63,256 nucleotides of DNA, filler included, from 6 parts of 6 records of this genome joined end to end with filler, not necessarily neighbours in it, one strand, 5' to 3'; counted from the first letter of the whole stretch, positions 30,526 to 40,751 are shown. Notes: generated by a model from the sequence alone, not told the origin. Numbers and translations are program-made.

Positions 30526-31491
30526 CTATTCGCGAGCTGCCTCCAGCGGACCAATCAGCTCAATACGATTGGTCCAGACATAGCCATCGAAAGCATCCGG
30601 CACATCACCGAAGCTTTCGGCGTCATCAATACCGCTTGCAAATCCGGAACCATCATAGTCTCCGGCAAGAATGACCTCCGTTCCGACCGCTTCGAGGCGG
30701 CGTGTGAACCGATGCGGCCATCCCCACAGGAACGACGCATAGTTCCGCGGAACAATGACCAGCGTATTGTGGCAGCTCTCCGGCACATAGCCGCTCCAGC
30801 CCAGGGCGAGGTAGCGAAGCAGGCAGGCCTCCAAAGACGCTCGGTCAAAGCCACGAAGTCCGGGTGTTGATGTGATCGCGGCGCGTGTTGGCGGCTCTCC
30901 CCCGTAAACACCGAACACTTGCTCGCGTAGGGCCGTCTGTTCCAACATCGCGGCGAGCGCCAACCCTTCCTCGCGTCGCTGGCTCTTGAAGTTTATGAGG
31001 AACAGTCCCTGCATTTCCTCTTCCAGAACCCTGCTTAGGGTAGGCATTTGCCCGACTGCCTGCCCCCTGAGTGGAAAGGCCCCGGTGCCATCGTCGATCC
31101 AGTATCCAACGTCGAGGGATTGAAGCAGGGCGCTGTCTTGCATGTGCGTGACGCCGGTCCCGTTGGTGCGGCAATCGAGGGTCCAATCATGGAAGACGGC
31201 AAAAACGTTGTCCGTGGTGAGATGAACGTCGATCTCCACTACGTCGGCACCCAGTCGAAATGCCTCTTCCATCGAGGGGATCGTGTTCTCGATGAAGTCA
31301 TGCACTATGGGTTCGACCGGGGATGCGTGGCAGGATTCGATCGAACGGTCGGTCCCGGCGTAAATATGATGAACACCGCGATGGGCGATCAACCGCGTCT
31401 CATGATCCTCCAGACCGAAGACAAGCAGTGAGGTATTCCCCAGCCAAAGCGCCGCTCCGAGGAACAGAAGTGCAATAGAGACCCTTTTCAA
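30526..31491 (-). CDS. glycerophosphodiester phosphodiesterase family protein
   Basis: IAHRG, ENTI, VVEIDVH, VFHD..LDCRT, INFK, WTNRIE; N-terminal TM segment; start uncertain (TTG 31491 chosen). Confidence 0.88.
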   Translation of the reverse strand: MKRVSIALLFLGAALWLGNTSLLVFGLEDHETRLIAHRGVHHIYAGTDRSIESCHASPVEPIVHDFIENTIPSMEEAFRLGADVVEIDVHLTTDNVFAVFHDWTLDCRTNGTGVTHMQDSALLQSLDVGYWIDDGTGAFPLRGQAVGQMPTLSRVLEEEMQGLFLINFKSQRREEGLALAAMLEQTALREQVFGVYGGEPPTRAAITSTPGLRGFDRASLEACLLRYLALGWSGYVPESCHNTLVIVPRNYASFLWGWPHRFTRRLEAVGTEVILAGDYDGSGFASGIDDAESFGDVPDAFDGYVWTNRIELIGPLEAARE

Positions 31492-31566
31492 TGTTTTGCC
31501 AATGAAAGTAACATAAGACGTCCTTCCAGACTCCAACAGCCTTTCAGCCGACAGTCTTGTGAGCTT

Positions 31567-31624
31567 AGCAAAAGCACACATCGTCCGCAAAGTCGCTCTT
31601 GGTGCCATCGTCCGCGAATGACCG
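31567..31624 (-). repeat. cargo-flanking motif A (copy 1)
   Basis: CGGTCATTCGC...TGCGGACGATGTGTGCTTTTGCT; 18/23 identical to 59495-59517. Confidence 0.5.
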
Positions 31625-31744
31625 CCTTTCTGTCCATGGCGAGCATGTTCTCTTACACGAGGAGCCATAGCGCGCAGCGCTTGCTTTTTTCGCAAAAATG
31701 CTGGGATATGGGGCAGTTTTTGAACAATCGGATTTCTGACGCCC

Positions 31745-32488
31745 ATGGTTTCTGGATTCTTGCGCCGCCTGCTTTTGTGCGGGTTCGGTCTTGGTGTTGC
31801 GGGTTGCAGCGCTCAACACGTGCCGCCGAGCGATGGCACCCCGATCATGATCTGGGCCACGGTCTATCGCCTTGTCGATGGCCGCACGGACAGCGACGGC
31901 GTACCGATCCGCAACATGCGCGGTCGTGAAATCGGCCCGTCGGTCGCCCGGGCCGATTGGTGCGCGGGGGCGCTTGCGGGCAGTCTGCGGGTGAATGGCG
32001 AGGTGTACAACTTCGCGGGCGTCAATGGATCACCGCAGGCCAATTGCAGCCACGGCCCGAGTGAGAGGGTGCGCTGGCGAGAATCGCCTCACCCCTATGG
32101 CACCGGCGCCCGCAGCAACCCGCTGCACCCGTTCCGAACCATCGCCTGCGATCTTGGGTGGGTCGGCGGTTCGACGCCGTGGGTGAATGGCGGCTACCCC
32201 GAGTTTGGGCAACGCATCTACATCCCTGCCGCTGACGGTGTGGAACTGCCGGACGGTACGGTGCATGACGGCATCTTTGTGTGCGAGGATACGGGCGGCG
32301 CGGTGACGGGCAACCATATCGACGTTTTCCTGGGTCCGATGTCCGGACCGATGAGCCGCGTGATAACACGCAACCCGTTCGATTTCGTCAGCCACGGTGA
32401 TCATACCGAGGTGCAGGCCTTCCTGCTGCCGATGGAGAACGAGGCCGAGCCGGAACCGTCCTGTCGGGGCCTGTTCTGTCCGCGCTAA
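31745..32488 (+). CDS. lipoprotein with 3D (Asp-Asp-Asp, MltA-like) domain
   Basis: Lipobox VAGC; ATVY, RTIACD, EDTGGAVTGNHIDVF. Confidence 0.8.
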   Translation: MVSGFLRRLLLCGFGLGVAGCSAQHVPPSDGTPIMIWATVYRLVDGRTDSDGVPIRNMRGREIGPSVARADWCAGALAGSLRVNGEVYNFAGVNGSPQANCSHGPSERVRWRESPHPYGTGARSNPLHPFRTIACDLGWVGGSTPWVNGGYPEFGQRIYIPAADGVELPDGTVHDGIFVCEDTGGAVTGNHIDVFLGPMSGPMSRVITRNPFDFVSHGDHTEVQAFLLPMENEAEPEPSCRGLFCPR

Positions 32489-32491
32489 AGG

Positions 32492-33004
32492 CTACTCTTC
32501 GTCGAACAACCCCTCGGGCGGGTCCACCACGATCCGGCCCGAAGTCAGGTCGACCGTGGGCACGATGGCCTGCGTGAACGGCACCAGAACCGTGCCGGAT
32601 TTGCCGCGCTGGCGGATCTCCAGCAGGTCGCCCGCGCCATGGTTCAGAACCGCATGGACCTGCCCCAGATCGGCCCCGCCGGTATCGACAACCGAAAGGC
32701 CGATCAGGTCGGCATGGTAGAATTCATCGTCAGGCAGCGCAGGCAGAGCGTCGCGCGGGGCATAAAGCCTGGTGCCTTTCAGCGCGTCGGCCTCTTCCTT
32801 GGTTTTCACGCCCGACAGGCGCACCGCGAAGCCGCCCTTGACGGGGCGCAGAATGGTCACCGTGAAGTCGCGCGTTGCCTTGTCGTCGGACAGAGGGCCA
32901 TAGTCGCCAAGCGCCGAGGGGTCAGCGCAGAAGCTCTTGACCCGCGCTTCACCCCGGACCCCGAAAGATCCGGTGATCGCGGCTACGCATACTCTGTCAG
33001 ACAT
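32492..33004 (-). CDS. rimM: 16S rRNA processing protein RimM
   Basis: [37 protein letters not shown]. Confidence 0.95.
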   Translation of the reverse strand: MSDRVCVAAITGSFGVRGEARVKSFCADPSALGDYGPLSDDKATRDFTVTILRPVKGGFAVRLSGVKTKEEADALKGTRLYAPRDALPALPDDEFYHADLIGLSVVDTGGADLGQVHAVLNHGAGDLLEIRQRGKSGTVLVPFTQAIVPTVDLTSGRIVVDPPEGLFDEE

Positions 33005-33191
33005 GATGAACCTCCATCGCGGGAAGATAGGCCTCAACCGGCGGTAATTCCACGTAAATCGCAACCCAGAAAAGAAAGCCGAACAATCCGGCCACAAGGA
33101 TCAGGACCACCCCTACCAGCCGCGCCGGACCGTCGCCCATGATCAGCAGGTAAAGCCCGAGCAGGGCGAAGGCAATTGGCAGCAGGATCAT
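32997..33191 (-). CDS. small two-TM membrane protein (64 aa)
   Basis: ATG 33191 with [21 protein letters not shown]...; stop overlaps the rimM start. Confidence 0.65.
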   Translation of the reverse strand: MILLPIAFALLGLYLLIMGDGPARLVGVVLILVAGLFGFLFWVAIYVELPPVEAYLPAMEVHHV

Positions 33192-33202
33192 CGGTTGGCC
33201 CC

Positions 33203-33832
33203 TCAGCGGATCAGCAGGTCCAGGGCGGCGCTGCGCTGTTCCCAGCCCATTCGTTCCAGTTCCGGTGTTTCGCCATCTTCTTCCGGCAGGCCTACGCACA
33301 GATAGGCGACCAACGCCCATTCGGCGGGCACATCCAGATCCGCCGTCAGCTGTGCGTCATCTAGGATCGAGACCCATCCAACGCCAAGCCCCCGCGCCCG
33401 CGCGGCAAGCCAGAACAGCATCAACGCGGAAACGACGGAATAGCGCAGCATCTCGGGCATGGTCTTTCGGCCCAGACCCGCGCCTTTGGTGGTGCCCTCA
33501 TCCGAGAAAACCGCCAGCTGAACCGGCGCCTCGCGCATCCCCGACAGTTTCAGCCCGGCGTAGCGTTCGGCAGTGTCGCCGCTATAACCCGCGAGCGCTT
33601 CTGCATTGGCAGCTTCGAAATTGGCCACGGCCAGCGCCCGCTTTTCGGCGCTGTCCACCCGGACCAGCCGCCACGGTTCCGACAGCCCGACCGAGGGGGC
33701 AAGGGAAAAGGCGCCGAGGGCTTCCGCCAACAGCGCCTCGTCCACCGGATCCGACCGGAAGCGGCGCACATCGCGCCGCCACCGCATCAGATCGGTCAGA
33801 TCGTCTTGAAAGCCGCGAGAAAACGCGCGCAT
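33203..33832 (-). CDS. bluB: 5,6-dimethylbenzimidazole synthase
   Basis: WRRDVRRF, APSVGLSEPWR, LKLSGMREAP, GLG..TMPEM..YS, GVGWVSIL. Confidence 0.93.
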   Translation of the reverse strand: MRAFSRGFQDDLTDLMRWRRDVRRFRSDPVDEALLAEALGAFSLAPSVGLSEPWRLVRVDSAEKRALAVANFEAANAEALAGYSGDTAERYAGLKLSGMREAPVQLAVFSDEGTTKGAGLGRKTMPEMLRYSVVSALMLFWLAARARGLGVGWVSILDDAQLTADLDVPAEWALVAYLCVGLPEEDGETPELERMGWEQRSAALDLLIR

Positions 33833-33837
33833 TCCGA

Positions 33838-34206
33838 TTACTCTTCGGAAGCGGCTTCTTCTTCTGCCGGGGCTGCGGCGGCTTCGGCAGCTGCTGCGGC
33901 CTTGGCGGCTTTTTCTTCTGCGCGTTCCGTGGCTTTCTTGCCGGGGACGCCCTTCTTCAGGTTGGCGCGGTCTTTCTTCTCGACAACGCCAGCGGCTTCG
34001 AGGAAGCGGGACACGCGGTCGGTCGGCTGTGCGCCTTCACCCAGCCAGTACTGCACACGCTCCATGTTCATTTGAACGCGGTCTTCGCTGTCCTTGGCCA
34101 GCAGCGGGTTATAGGTGCCCAGTTTCTCGATGTAGCGGCCATCGCGGGGCATGCGGCTGTCGGACGCCACGATGCGGTAGAAGGGGCGCTTTTTGGAACC
34201 GCCGCG
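33838..34206 (-). CDS. rpsP: 30S ribosomal protein S16, 5'-truncated
   Basis: [42 protein letters not shown]. Confidence 0.96.
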   Translation of the reverse strand, partial: RGGSKKRPFYRIVASDSRMPRDGRYIEKLGTYNPLLAKDSEDRVQMNMERVQYWLGEGAQPTDRVSRFLEAAGVVEKKDRANLKKGVPGKKATERAEEKAAKAAAAAEAAAAPAEEEAASEE

Positions 34207-34207
34207 G

Positions 34208-34307
34208 NNNNNNNNNNNNNNNNNNNNNNNNNNNNNNNNNNNNNNNNNNNNTTAATTAATTAANNNNNNNNNNNNNNNNNNNNNNNNNNNNNNNNNNNNN
34301 NNNNNNN
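34208..34307. other. artificial contig spacer
   Basis: N44-TTAATTAATTAA-N44. Confidence 0.99.
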
Positions 34308-34308
34308 T

Positions 34309-35319
34309 GCCCGCCGCATGAACCGCACGGCCAAGGCCATGGGCATGACGCGGACGCATTTCAAAAACATGAGCGGCCTTACCGAAAGCGGGCATCTGTC
34401 CACTGCCCGCGACATGACCATTCTGGGCCGCCAGCTGTTTTACGATTTCCCGCAGTATTACAACCTGTTTTCCCGCCGCCAAACCGATGCGGGCGTGCGC
34501 ACTGTCTACAATACCAATCGCAAATTGCTGGCCGCCTACAAAGGCGCCGATGGCATCAAAACCGGCTACACCAGCGCCGCGGGGTTTAACCTGGTCGCCT
34601 CGGCCGAGCGCAATGGCGAACGCATCATCGCCACCGTGTTTGGGGGCCGGTCCTCGAACGCGCGCAACGCAAAGGTGGCAGAATTGCTGGATCTCGGCTT
34701 TAAGCGCGCACCGCGCCAAGTTGCCGAGCGCCCACCGCGCAAGCCCGATTATCAAAACCCCGGTGCGCGCAGCCTGCCCATGTTGACCGTGGTGCGCAAA
34801 AGCCTGCGCCCAAAGGCCCGCCCCGGCACCCAGAATGCCCCTACCGACGCGCCCATGCTGGTGGCCGAGATGCAAGACGACATCAAAGAGGCCCTGCGCC
34901 AGGCCGTGGCCAGCCCCACCCAGCCCGCACCCACCCAGCCCGCGCCCGAGCCCCAGCAAATTGCACAGCTGATCGACACATCGCTGACCCCACGCGCCCG
35001 GCCCCAGGATTTGCTGCCAGATCAGCCCACCCCCCCAAACCAACCCGAGGTTGTCAGCCGCGTCTCTACCTCGGGCGGGCGGCATTGGGGTATCAATGTG
35101 GGCAAATACACCAGCCGCCATCTGGCCGAGCGTATTTTGCTGAAAACCGCGCTGCTAGAGGTAGATACGCTAGATGGCAGCCTGCGCCGGGTGGTCAAAC
35201 AAAACAGTGGCTATGCCGCCAATTTTCTGGGGCTCAGCCAAGAAACCGCCGATCTGGCCTGCCGCAGATTGCAGGCGCGCAAATTGTCATGCACCACAAT
35301 CGGGCCACCCCCCGGTTAA
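34309..35319 (+). CDS. D-alanyl-D-alanine carboxypeptidase (S11) with Pro-rich linker and SPOR-like C-terminus, 5'-truncated
   Basis: STARDM, NTNRKLL, DGIKTGYT..AGFNL; WGINVG...ACRRL C-terminus. Confidence 0.88.
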   Translation, partial: ARRMNRTAKAMGMTRTHFKNMSGLTESGHLSTARDMTILGRQLFYDFPQYYNLFSRRQTDAGVRTVYNTNRKLLAAYKGADGIKTGYTSAAGFNLVASAERNGERIIATVFGGRSSNARNAKVAELLDLGFKRAPRQVAERPPRKPDYQNPGARSLPMLTVVRKSLRPKARPGTQNAPTDAPMLVAEMQDDIKEALRQAVASPTQPAPTQPAPEPQQIAQLIDTSLTPRARPQDLLPDQPTPPNQPEVVSRVSTSGGRHWGINVGKYTSRHLAERILLKTALLEVDTLDGSLRRVVKQNSGYAANFLGLSQETADLACRRLQARKLSCTTIGPPPG

Positions 35320-35339
35320 TTTTGCGCAGCACGGGCACA

Positions 35340-35366
35340 AAAAAACCGCGCCTTGCGCGGTTTTTT
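35340..35366. terminator. bidirectional rho-independent terminator
   Basis: AAAAAACCGCGC-CTT-GCGCGGTTTTTT between convergent genes. Confidence 0.85.
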
Positions 35367-35374
35367 ATGGGCCC

Positions 35375-35533
35375 TCACGGTTTTGGGTGGTCGTCCCATT
35401 GGCCCGATAAAATACGCTGCGCATCGCCATCTGGGTCGTCATATTGGTTCGATTTCACCGTCCAGACGAAAAACAACAACCCAGCCCCCCCCAACAGCAG
35501 GGACACCGGAATAAGAATAACCAAAATCTCCAT
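35375..35533 (-). CDS. ccoS: cbb3 oxidase assembly protein CcoS/FixS (52 aa; absent from the ORF track)
   Basis: MEILVILIPVSLLLG...WTVKSNQYDDPDGDAQRIL; immediately after ccoI. Confidence 0.92.
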   Translation of the reverse strand: MEILVILIPVSLLLGGAGLLFFVWTVKSNQYDDPDGDAQRILSGQWDDHPKP

Positions 35534-35536
35534 GGT

Positions 35537-37723
35537 TTACCTCAGGCGCAGGGCGTTCAGTGACACTGTAATCGAGCTTAGCGACATCGCCAATGCGGCA
35601 ATCAACGGCGAACACAGCCCCGCCACGGCCAGCGGCACCGCAACAATATTATAGACAGTGGCCACGGTAAAATTTTCACGAATGCGGCGTGTGGCGGCCT
35701 GGGCGGTTTGCACGGCCTGCGCAATGGGCGCCAGATCGCCCCCCAATAGCACAATATCCGAGGCCACGCGCGCCGCATCCAGCGCAGAGGCCGGCGAGAT
35801 CGAGGCATGCGCGGCGCTGAGCGCGGCGGTATCGTTCAGCCCATCGCCCACCATCAACACCTTGTGGCCCGCCGCAGATAGTGCCTCGATCCGGGCCAGT
35901 TTTTCCGCAGGCAGCGCCTCGGCGTGCCAATCGGGTATACCCAGTTCTGCTGCAAGGGCGGCCACAGCGGGGGCGGCATCGCCCGAAATCATGATCACAT
36001 TGCAACCTTGCTGTTTCAATTCGGCCACCGCTTGGGCCGCCCCGGCGCGCAGGGTATCGGCAAATGTCAGCTGCAAAGGCGCCCCGGTGCCAATTTGCAA
36101 CCAAGCGCTGGTTTGCGCCCCGGCCTGTGCCCCAATCCAGGCCGCACGGCCCAGGCGCACGGTTTGCCCCTGCCACTGGCCCATCGTGCCGTAACCGGGG
36201 CGTTCTTGCAGCGCGCTGATCTGCGCAGGCTCTAGCCCGGCTGCGGCGCCCGCGCGCACGATCGCCTGCGACAGCGGGTGGGCCGACCCTGCCGCCAGCG
36301 CCATGGCCACCGCCATAGCCTGGGGCGGATGGTTGTGCAGGTTTGTCAGCACCGGGGTGCCTTGGGTTAGCGTGCCGGTTTTATCAAACACCACCGTATC
36401 AACCTGCGCCAAACGCTCGAGCGCGGTTGCATCCTTGATCAACATACCGCGCCGAAACAGGCGCCCGCTGGCGGCGGTTGTTACCGCAGGCACCGCAAGC
36501 CCCAGCGCACAGGGGCAGGTGATGATCAAAACCGCGGCGGCAATATTCAGGGCGGTGCGCACATCCCATGTGTAGAAATACCAGCCCACAAAGCTGAGGC
36601 CTGACAAAATATGAACGCCGGGCGCATAAAGTTTTGCCGCCTGATCGGCCAACGACGTATAGCGCGAGCGCCCCGATTCAGCGACGGCCACCAAATCGGC
36701 CATGCGGTGCAACGAGGTATCTTGCCCCACAGCGGTGGCGCGCACTGTTAATACCCCCGTCAGGTTCACCTCGCCCGCCGAAACCGCCTGCCCCGGCCCG
36801 GCAAAAACCGGCACGGTTTCACCCGTCAGCATGGCGCGGTCCAGCTCGGTTTGGCCATCGACAATCACGCCATCCACCGGCAACCGCCCCCCCGGGCGCA
36901 GGCGGATCAGATCCCCCACCGCCAGTTGCGCCACAGGCACCTGGGTTTCTTGCCCATCCACCACCAAAAACGCGCGCGGCACCTCTAGCGCGGCCAGCTC
37001 TTCTGCTGCCGAACGCGCAATGGCGCGGGTGCGATAATCAAGGTAGCGGCCCGCCAGCAAAAAGAAGGTCAGCGCCAGGGCCGCATCAAAATAGGCATGC
37101 GCCCCAGACAGCGATGTTTCCCAAAGCGAGGTGATCACCGCCAGCAAAATAGCCAGCGTGATGGGCACATCCATATTCAGCCGCCCATGGCGCAAGGCCG
37201 CCCATGCGTTGCGGTAAAACGGCTGGCCCGAAAACACGATAACAGGCATCGTGATCAGCGCCGAAATCCAGTGAAACATATCGCGCGTGGCATCAGCTGC
37301 GCCAGACCAAACCGAAACCGACAGCAGCATAACATTCATCGCAGCAAAGCCCGCCACCGCCAGGCGCATCAGCAAATCGCGCCCGGCCTTGTCGGTGGTG
37401 GTGGCGCTTAGCGTGCCGGCATCCAGCTCGTGCGCCTCGTAACCAATGGCGCGCACGGCGCGCACCAGCGCATCGGGCATAACATCGGGGCTGGCCTCGA
37501 TGCTGGCGCGTTTCATGGTTAGGTTCACCCGGGCATTATGCACACCGGGATAGGCGTTTAGCACATCCTCTACCGCGCTGATACAGGCCGCGCAGTGGAT
37601 AGTGGGCAGCGACAGGGCAATGCGCGCATCTAGCACCGTGTCTTGATGGGCCAAAGCCTGCGCAGCAGGGGCCGCCGAACAGGCAGGGCAGGCTGAAATT
37701 CCGGGGCGCATTGGGGCGGTCAT
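35537..37723 (-). CDS. ccoI: Cu-transporting P1B ATPase CcoI/FixI
   Basis: HCAAC metal-binding domain, TGE, CPC, DKTGT, GDGLND. Confidence 0.93.
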   Translation of the reverse strand: MTAPMRPGISACPACSAAPAAQALAHQDTVLDARIALSLPTIHCAACISAVEDVLNAYPGVHNARVNLTMKRASIEASPDVMPDALVRAVRAIGYEAHELDAGTLSATTTDKAGRDLLMRLAVAGFAAMNVMLLSVSVWSGAADATRDMFHWISALITMPVIVFSGQPFYRNAWAALRHGRLNMDVPITLAILLAVITSLWETSLSGAHAYFDAALALTFFLLAGRYLDYRTRAIARSAAEELAALEVPRAFLVVDGQETQVPVAQLAVGDLIRLRPGGRLPVDGVIVDGQTELDRAMLTGETVPVFAGPGQAVSAGEVNLTGVLTVRATAVGQDTSLHRMADLVAVAESGRSRYTSLADQAAKLYAPGVHILSGLSFVGWYFYTWDVRTALNIAAAVLIITCPCALGLAVPAVTTAASGRLFRRGMLIKDATALERLAQVDTVVFDKTGTLTQGTPVLTNLHNHPPQAMAVAMALAAGSAHPLSQAIVRAGAAAGLEPAQISALQERPGYGTMGQWQGQTVRLGRAAWIGAQAGAQTSAWLQIGTGAPLQLTFADTLRAGAAQAVAELKQQGCNVIMISGDAAPAVAALAAELGIPDWHAEALPAEKLARIEALSAAGHKVLMVGDGLNDTAALSAAHASISPASALDAARVASDIVLLGGDLAPIAQAVQTAQAATRRIRENFTVATVYNIVAVPLAVAGLCSPLIAALAMSLSSITVSLNALRLR

Positions 37724-37739
37724 TGCACTGGCCTTTGGC

Positions 37740-38201
37740 TTAGGAATTTACATGCACATCCAGCCGCTGGGCAAAGGGCGCCCCCTCCAGCGATACCGCT
37801 GTCAGATGCACAATCCATTTGCCCTGCGCCAAGCTGACCGGCCCCACATAGGCCCGGCCATTAAAACTTAACTCTGGCGTAAAATCATCGCGGTCCGATG
37901 TGGGCCGCCCCACCAAGGCCTGCAGTTTGCCCACCTGCACCGCCTTGCCGTTGCGATCGATCAGGGTGATCTGCATCAGCCCATCGCGCACCTCGGCATA
38001 GGCGCGCCAGCCCAGGGCCTGCTGCGCCGCGCGGCGCTTGTCAAAGCTTTGGCTGGCAATATAGCCGTTTTTCACCTCGAGGCCGGGAAAGCTGGCTACG
38101 GCGTTATAGGCCATCACCAAGTTCACGGTAATGATCACGCCAAAGGCCGCAACAAAGCCAAACACCACATGCCAGCCTGTTAGTTTGCGCTCTTTCGTCA
38201 T
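37740..38201 (-). CDS. ccoH: CcoH/FixH protein
   Basis: LTGWHV...FGVIITVN..M, FPGLEVKNGYIASQ. Confidence 0.9.
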   Translation of the reverse strand: MTKERKLTGWHVVFGFVAAFGVIITVNLVMAYNAVASFPGLEVKNGYIASQSFDKRRAAQQALGWRAYAEVRDGLMQITLIDRNGKAVQVGKLQALVGRPTSDRDDFTPELSFNGRAYVGPVSLAQGKWIVHLTAVSLEGAPFAQRLDVHVNS

Positions 38202-39637
38202 CAGTTCGCCTTTCCGTTAAAGATGGTATCTTTATACACACGGTCGCCATTCGAGGTGTCTTCTACCCACAGGCGGATATCCCAGCGCTCGCTCTCGGCC
38301 GGGTCGGAACCGGGGGCCGCCACGATGTACACGCGCTGCAACTGGGTGCTATCGGCCGGCACGGTGACTGCACCATAGGGCGTGCCCTCTAGCTGCACGC
38401 GCAGCGCGGGGTGCCCCTTGACCGATATTTGAAACGGCCGGTCGCTGCCGTGTTTGTTGCGCAAACGCACATCATACGTGTTGCGAATAGAGCCATCCGA
38501 CAGCGTAACAAAGGTGGGGTTGCGCACCGGCGCCACTGTTACCTCGATGTCCGAGCGCATGAACAAAGCCACCACCAAGGCCACGCCCACCAAAGACCAA
38601 AGCGTGGTATACAAAATGGTGCGGGGGCGGAACACATGGCGCCAAATGGGTTTGGGCGCCTTGCCCTCGCGTTCGGCGATCTCGTCGGTCAGGGCCATGT
38701 AATCGATCAAACCACGGGGCTTGCCGATTTTGGCCATGATATCATCGCAGGCATCGATACACAGCGCACAGGTGATACATTCCAGCTGCTGGCCATCGCG
38801 AATATCAATGCCCATGGGGCAGACATTCACACAAGCCATACAATCAATACAATCGCCCGCGGGCGCGGTGCTGTTTTCTTGGTCGCGCTGCTTGCCGCGC
38901 GGCTCGCCCCGCCAGCTGCGATAACCCACAACCAGCGTGTCTTCGTCCATCATAGCCGCTTGAATGCGCGGCCATGGGCAGGCATAAATGCAAATCTGTT
39001 CGCGGGCAAAACCACCAAAAGCAAAGGTTGTGGCAGTCAAAATCAGCATGGTGGTATAGGCCACAGGATGCGCCGTGCCTTGCACCAGATCTACCGCCAA
39101 TGTTGGTGCATCGGTGAAATAAAACACCCACGCCCCGCCAGTTGCCAGGCCAATAAGAAACCAAGCCACCCATTTTGTCAGCCGCAGGCGGATTTTGCGC
39201 AAATCCAGCTTCTTTTGGCGATGCAAACGCAGCCGCGCGTTTCGATCGCCTTCAATCCAGCGTTCCACCAGAATGAAAAGATCGGTCCACACAGTTTGCG
39301 GGCAGGCATAGCCGCACCACACACGCCCCAGGGCCGAGGTAAACAAAAACAGCCCCAAGCCCGCCATCACCAAAAGGCCCGCAACGAAGTAAAATTCATG
39401 CGGCCAAATCTCGATCCAGAAAAAGAAAAAGCGGCGGTTGGCCAAATCGACCAGCACCGCCTGATCGGGCAGGTTTGGCCCCCTGTCCCAGCGAATCCAC
39501 GGGGTGATATAGTAAATCCCCAAGGTAAAGATCATCAGCACCCATTTCAGGTTGCGAAATTTACCATGCACGCGCTTTGGGAAAATGGGTTCGCGCGCGG
39601 CGTATAAGCTGGGGGCTTCGGGTTGTGTGTTCGACAC
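38201..39637 (-). CDS. ccoG: cytochrome c oxidase accessory ferredoxin CcoG/FixG
   Basis: GRVWCGYACPQT, CIYACPWPR, CIDCMACVNVCP, CITCALCIDAC. Confidence 0.95.
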   Translation of the reverse strand: MSNTQPEAPSLYAAREPIFPKRVHGKFRNLKWVLMIFTLGIYYITPWIRWDRGPNLPDQAVLVDLANRRFFFFWIEIWPHEFYFVAGLLVMAGLGLFLFTSALGRVWCGYACPQTVWTDLFILVERWIEGDRNARLRLHRQKKLDLRKIRLRLTKWVAWFLIGLATGGAWVFYFTDAPTLAVDLVQGTAHPVAYTTMLILTATTFAFGGFAREQICIYACPWPRIQAAMMDEDTLVVGYRSWRGEPRGKQRDQENSTAPAGDCIDCMACVNVCPMGIDIRDGQQLECITCALCIDACDDIMAKIGKPRGLIDYMALTDEIAEREGKAPKPIWRHVFRPRTILYTTLWSLVGVALVVALFMRSDIEVTVAPVRNPTFVTLSDGSIRNTYDVRLRNKHGSDRPFQISVKGHPALRVQLEGTPYGAVTVPADSTQLQRVYIVAAPGSDPAESERWDIRLWVEDTSNGDRVYKDTIFNGKAN

Positions 39638-39698
39638 GGAATCGCTCCGGGGTTTGCCTGAATTGCCTCCCTTTTTTCAGGCCTTTGCCGGCAGCTCC

Positions 39699-39712
39699 TT
39701 GACCTGTGTCAA
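39699..39712. promoter_or_regulatory. FNR/FnrL box upstream of ccoGHIS
   Basis: TTGAC-CTGT-GTCAA, 62-75 nt upstream of ccoG; matches known FnrL control of ccoGHIS. Confidence 0.8.
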
Positions 39713-39743
39713 ATTCTGCATCTTTGCCACACCTATTGATCGA

Positions 39744-40751
39744 TCAGCTGGCCTGCGCCTGCGGGGCCACAAATTCTGCCAGCACCTGCGCGCATATCTG
39801 ATGCGAGCGGATGCGCGCCGATGGGTCGTGGATGGCGCCGGCCAAAATCAGCTCGTCGGGGCGGTATTGCGCGATCAGCTGGGCAAACTGGCGGCGCAAT
39901 GTCTTGGGGCTGCCCGTGGCCGAAACAGACAGGGCGTGGCGCACCTGCTGCATCACCGCGGGCGGCACCTCGGACAGGTCGTGGCGGGGGCGCGGCAAGG
40001 GCCCGGGGCGGCCGGTGCGCAACCGCGCAAATGCCAGCAATTGCGACGACCGCAGATACTGCGCCTCGTCATCGCTATCTGCCCCAAACGCGCCCATGGC
40101 CATCATGAAATAGGGCTTATCCAGCCATTCCGACGGGCGGAATGTTGCACGATAGGTGCGAATGGCATCGGCCAGATAATCAGGCGCAAAATGCGAGGCA
40201 AAGGCATAAGGCAGGCCCAAATAGGCAGCCAATTGCGCACCATACAGGCTGCTGCCCAATATCCACACTGGCACATGCGTGCCCGTGCCGGGAATGGCGC
40301 GCACTGTGGCGGCCGGATCGGGCGCGCCAAGATACGAGATCAGTTCAACCACGTCTTGGGGAAAGCTATCTTCGGGCGCCATATGGCGGCGCAGCGCGCG
40401 GGCGGTGGCCATATCGGTGCCGGGCGCGCGCCCCAGCCCCAAATCGATGCGCCCGGGGTATAGGGTGGCCAGGGTGCCAAATTGCTCGGCCACCACCAGG
40501 GGCGCGTGATTGGGCAACATCATTCCCCCGGCCCCCACCCGTATATGCCGGGTGGCGGCGGCCACATGGGCAATCACCAGCGGTGTCGCGGCCGAGGCAA
40601 TGCCCGGCATATTGTGATGTTCGGCCAGCCAATAGCGGTGATACCCTGCCGCCTCGGCGGCCTGCGCCAATGCCACCGATGTGGCAAAGGCATCTGCCGC
40701 ACTGCCCCCTTCGGGGATGGGGGAGAGATCAAGAATGGAATAATGCTGCAT
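39744..40751 (-). CDS. LLM-class (luciferase-like) flavin-dependent monooxygenase
   Basis: [40 protein letters not shown]. Confidence 0.9.
   Translation of the reverse strand: MQHYSILDLSPIPEGGSAADAFATSVALAQAAEAAGYHRYWLAEHHNMPGIASAATPLVIAHVAAATRHIRVGAGGMMLPNHAPLVVAEQFGTLATLYPGRIDLGLGRAPGTDMATARALRRHMAPEDSFPQDVVELISYLGAPDPAATVRAIPGTGTHVPVWILGSSLYGAQLAAYLGLPYAFASHFAPDYLADAIRTYRATFRPSEWLDKPYFMMAMGAFGADSDDEAQYLRSSQLLAFARLRTGRPGPLPRPRHDLSEVPPAVMQQVRHALSVSATGSPKTLRRQFAQLIAQYRPDELILAGAIHDPSARIRSHQICAQVLAEFVAPQAQAS

Noticed and set aside
34915-34944. 15-bp tandem repeat encoding PTQPA twice
   Set aside because: It is an ordinary low-complexity linker in the carboxypeptidase.
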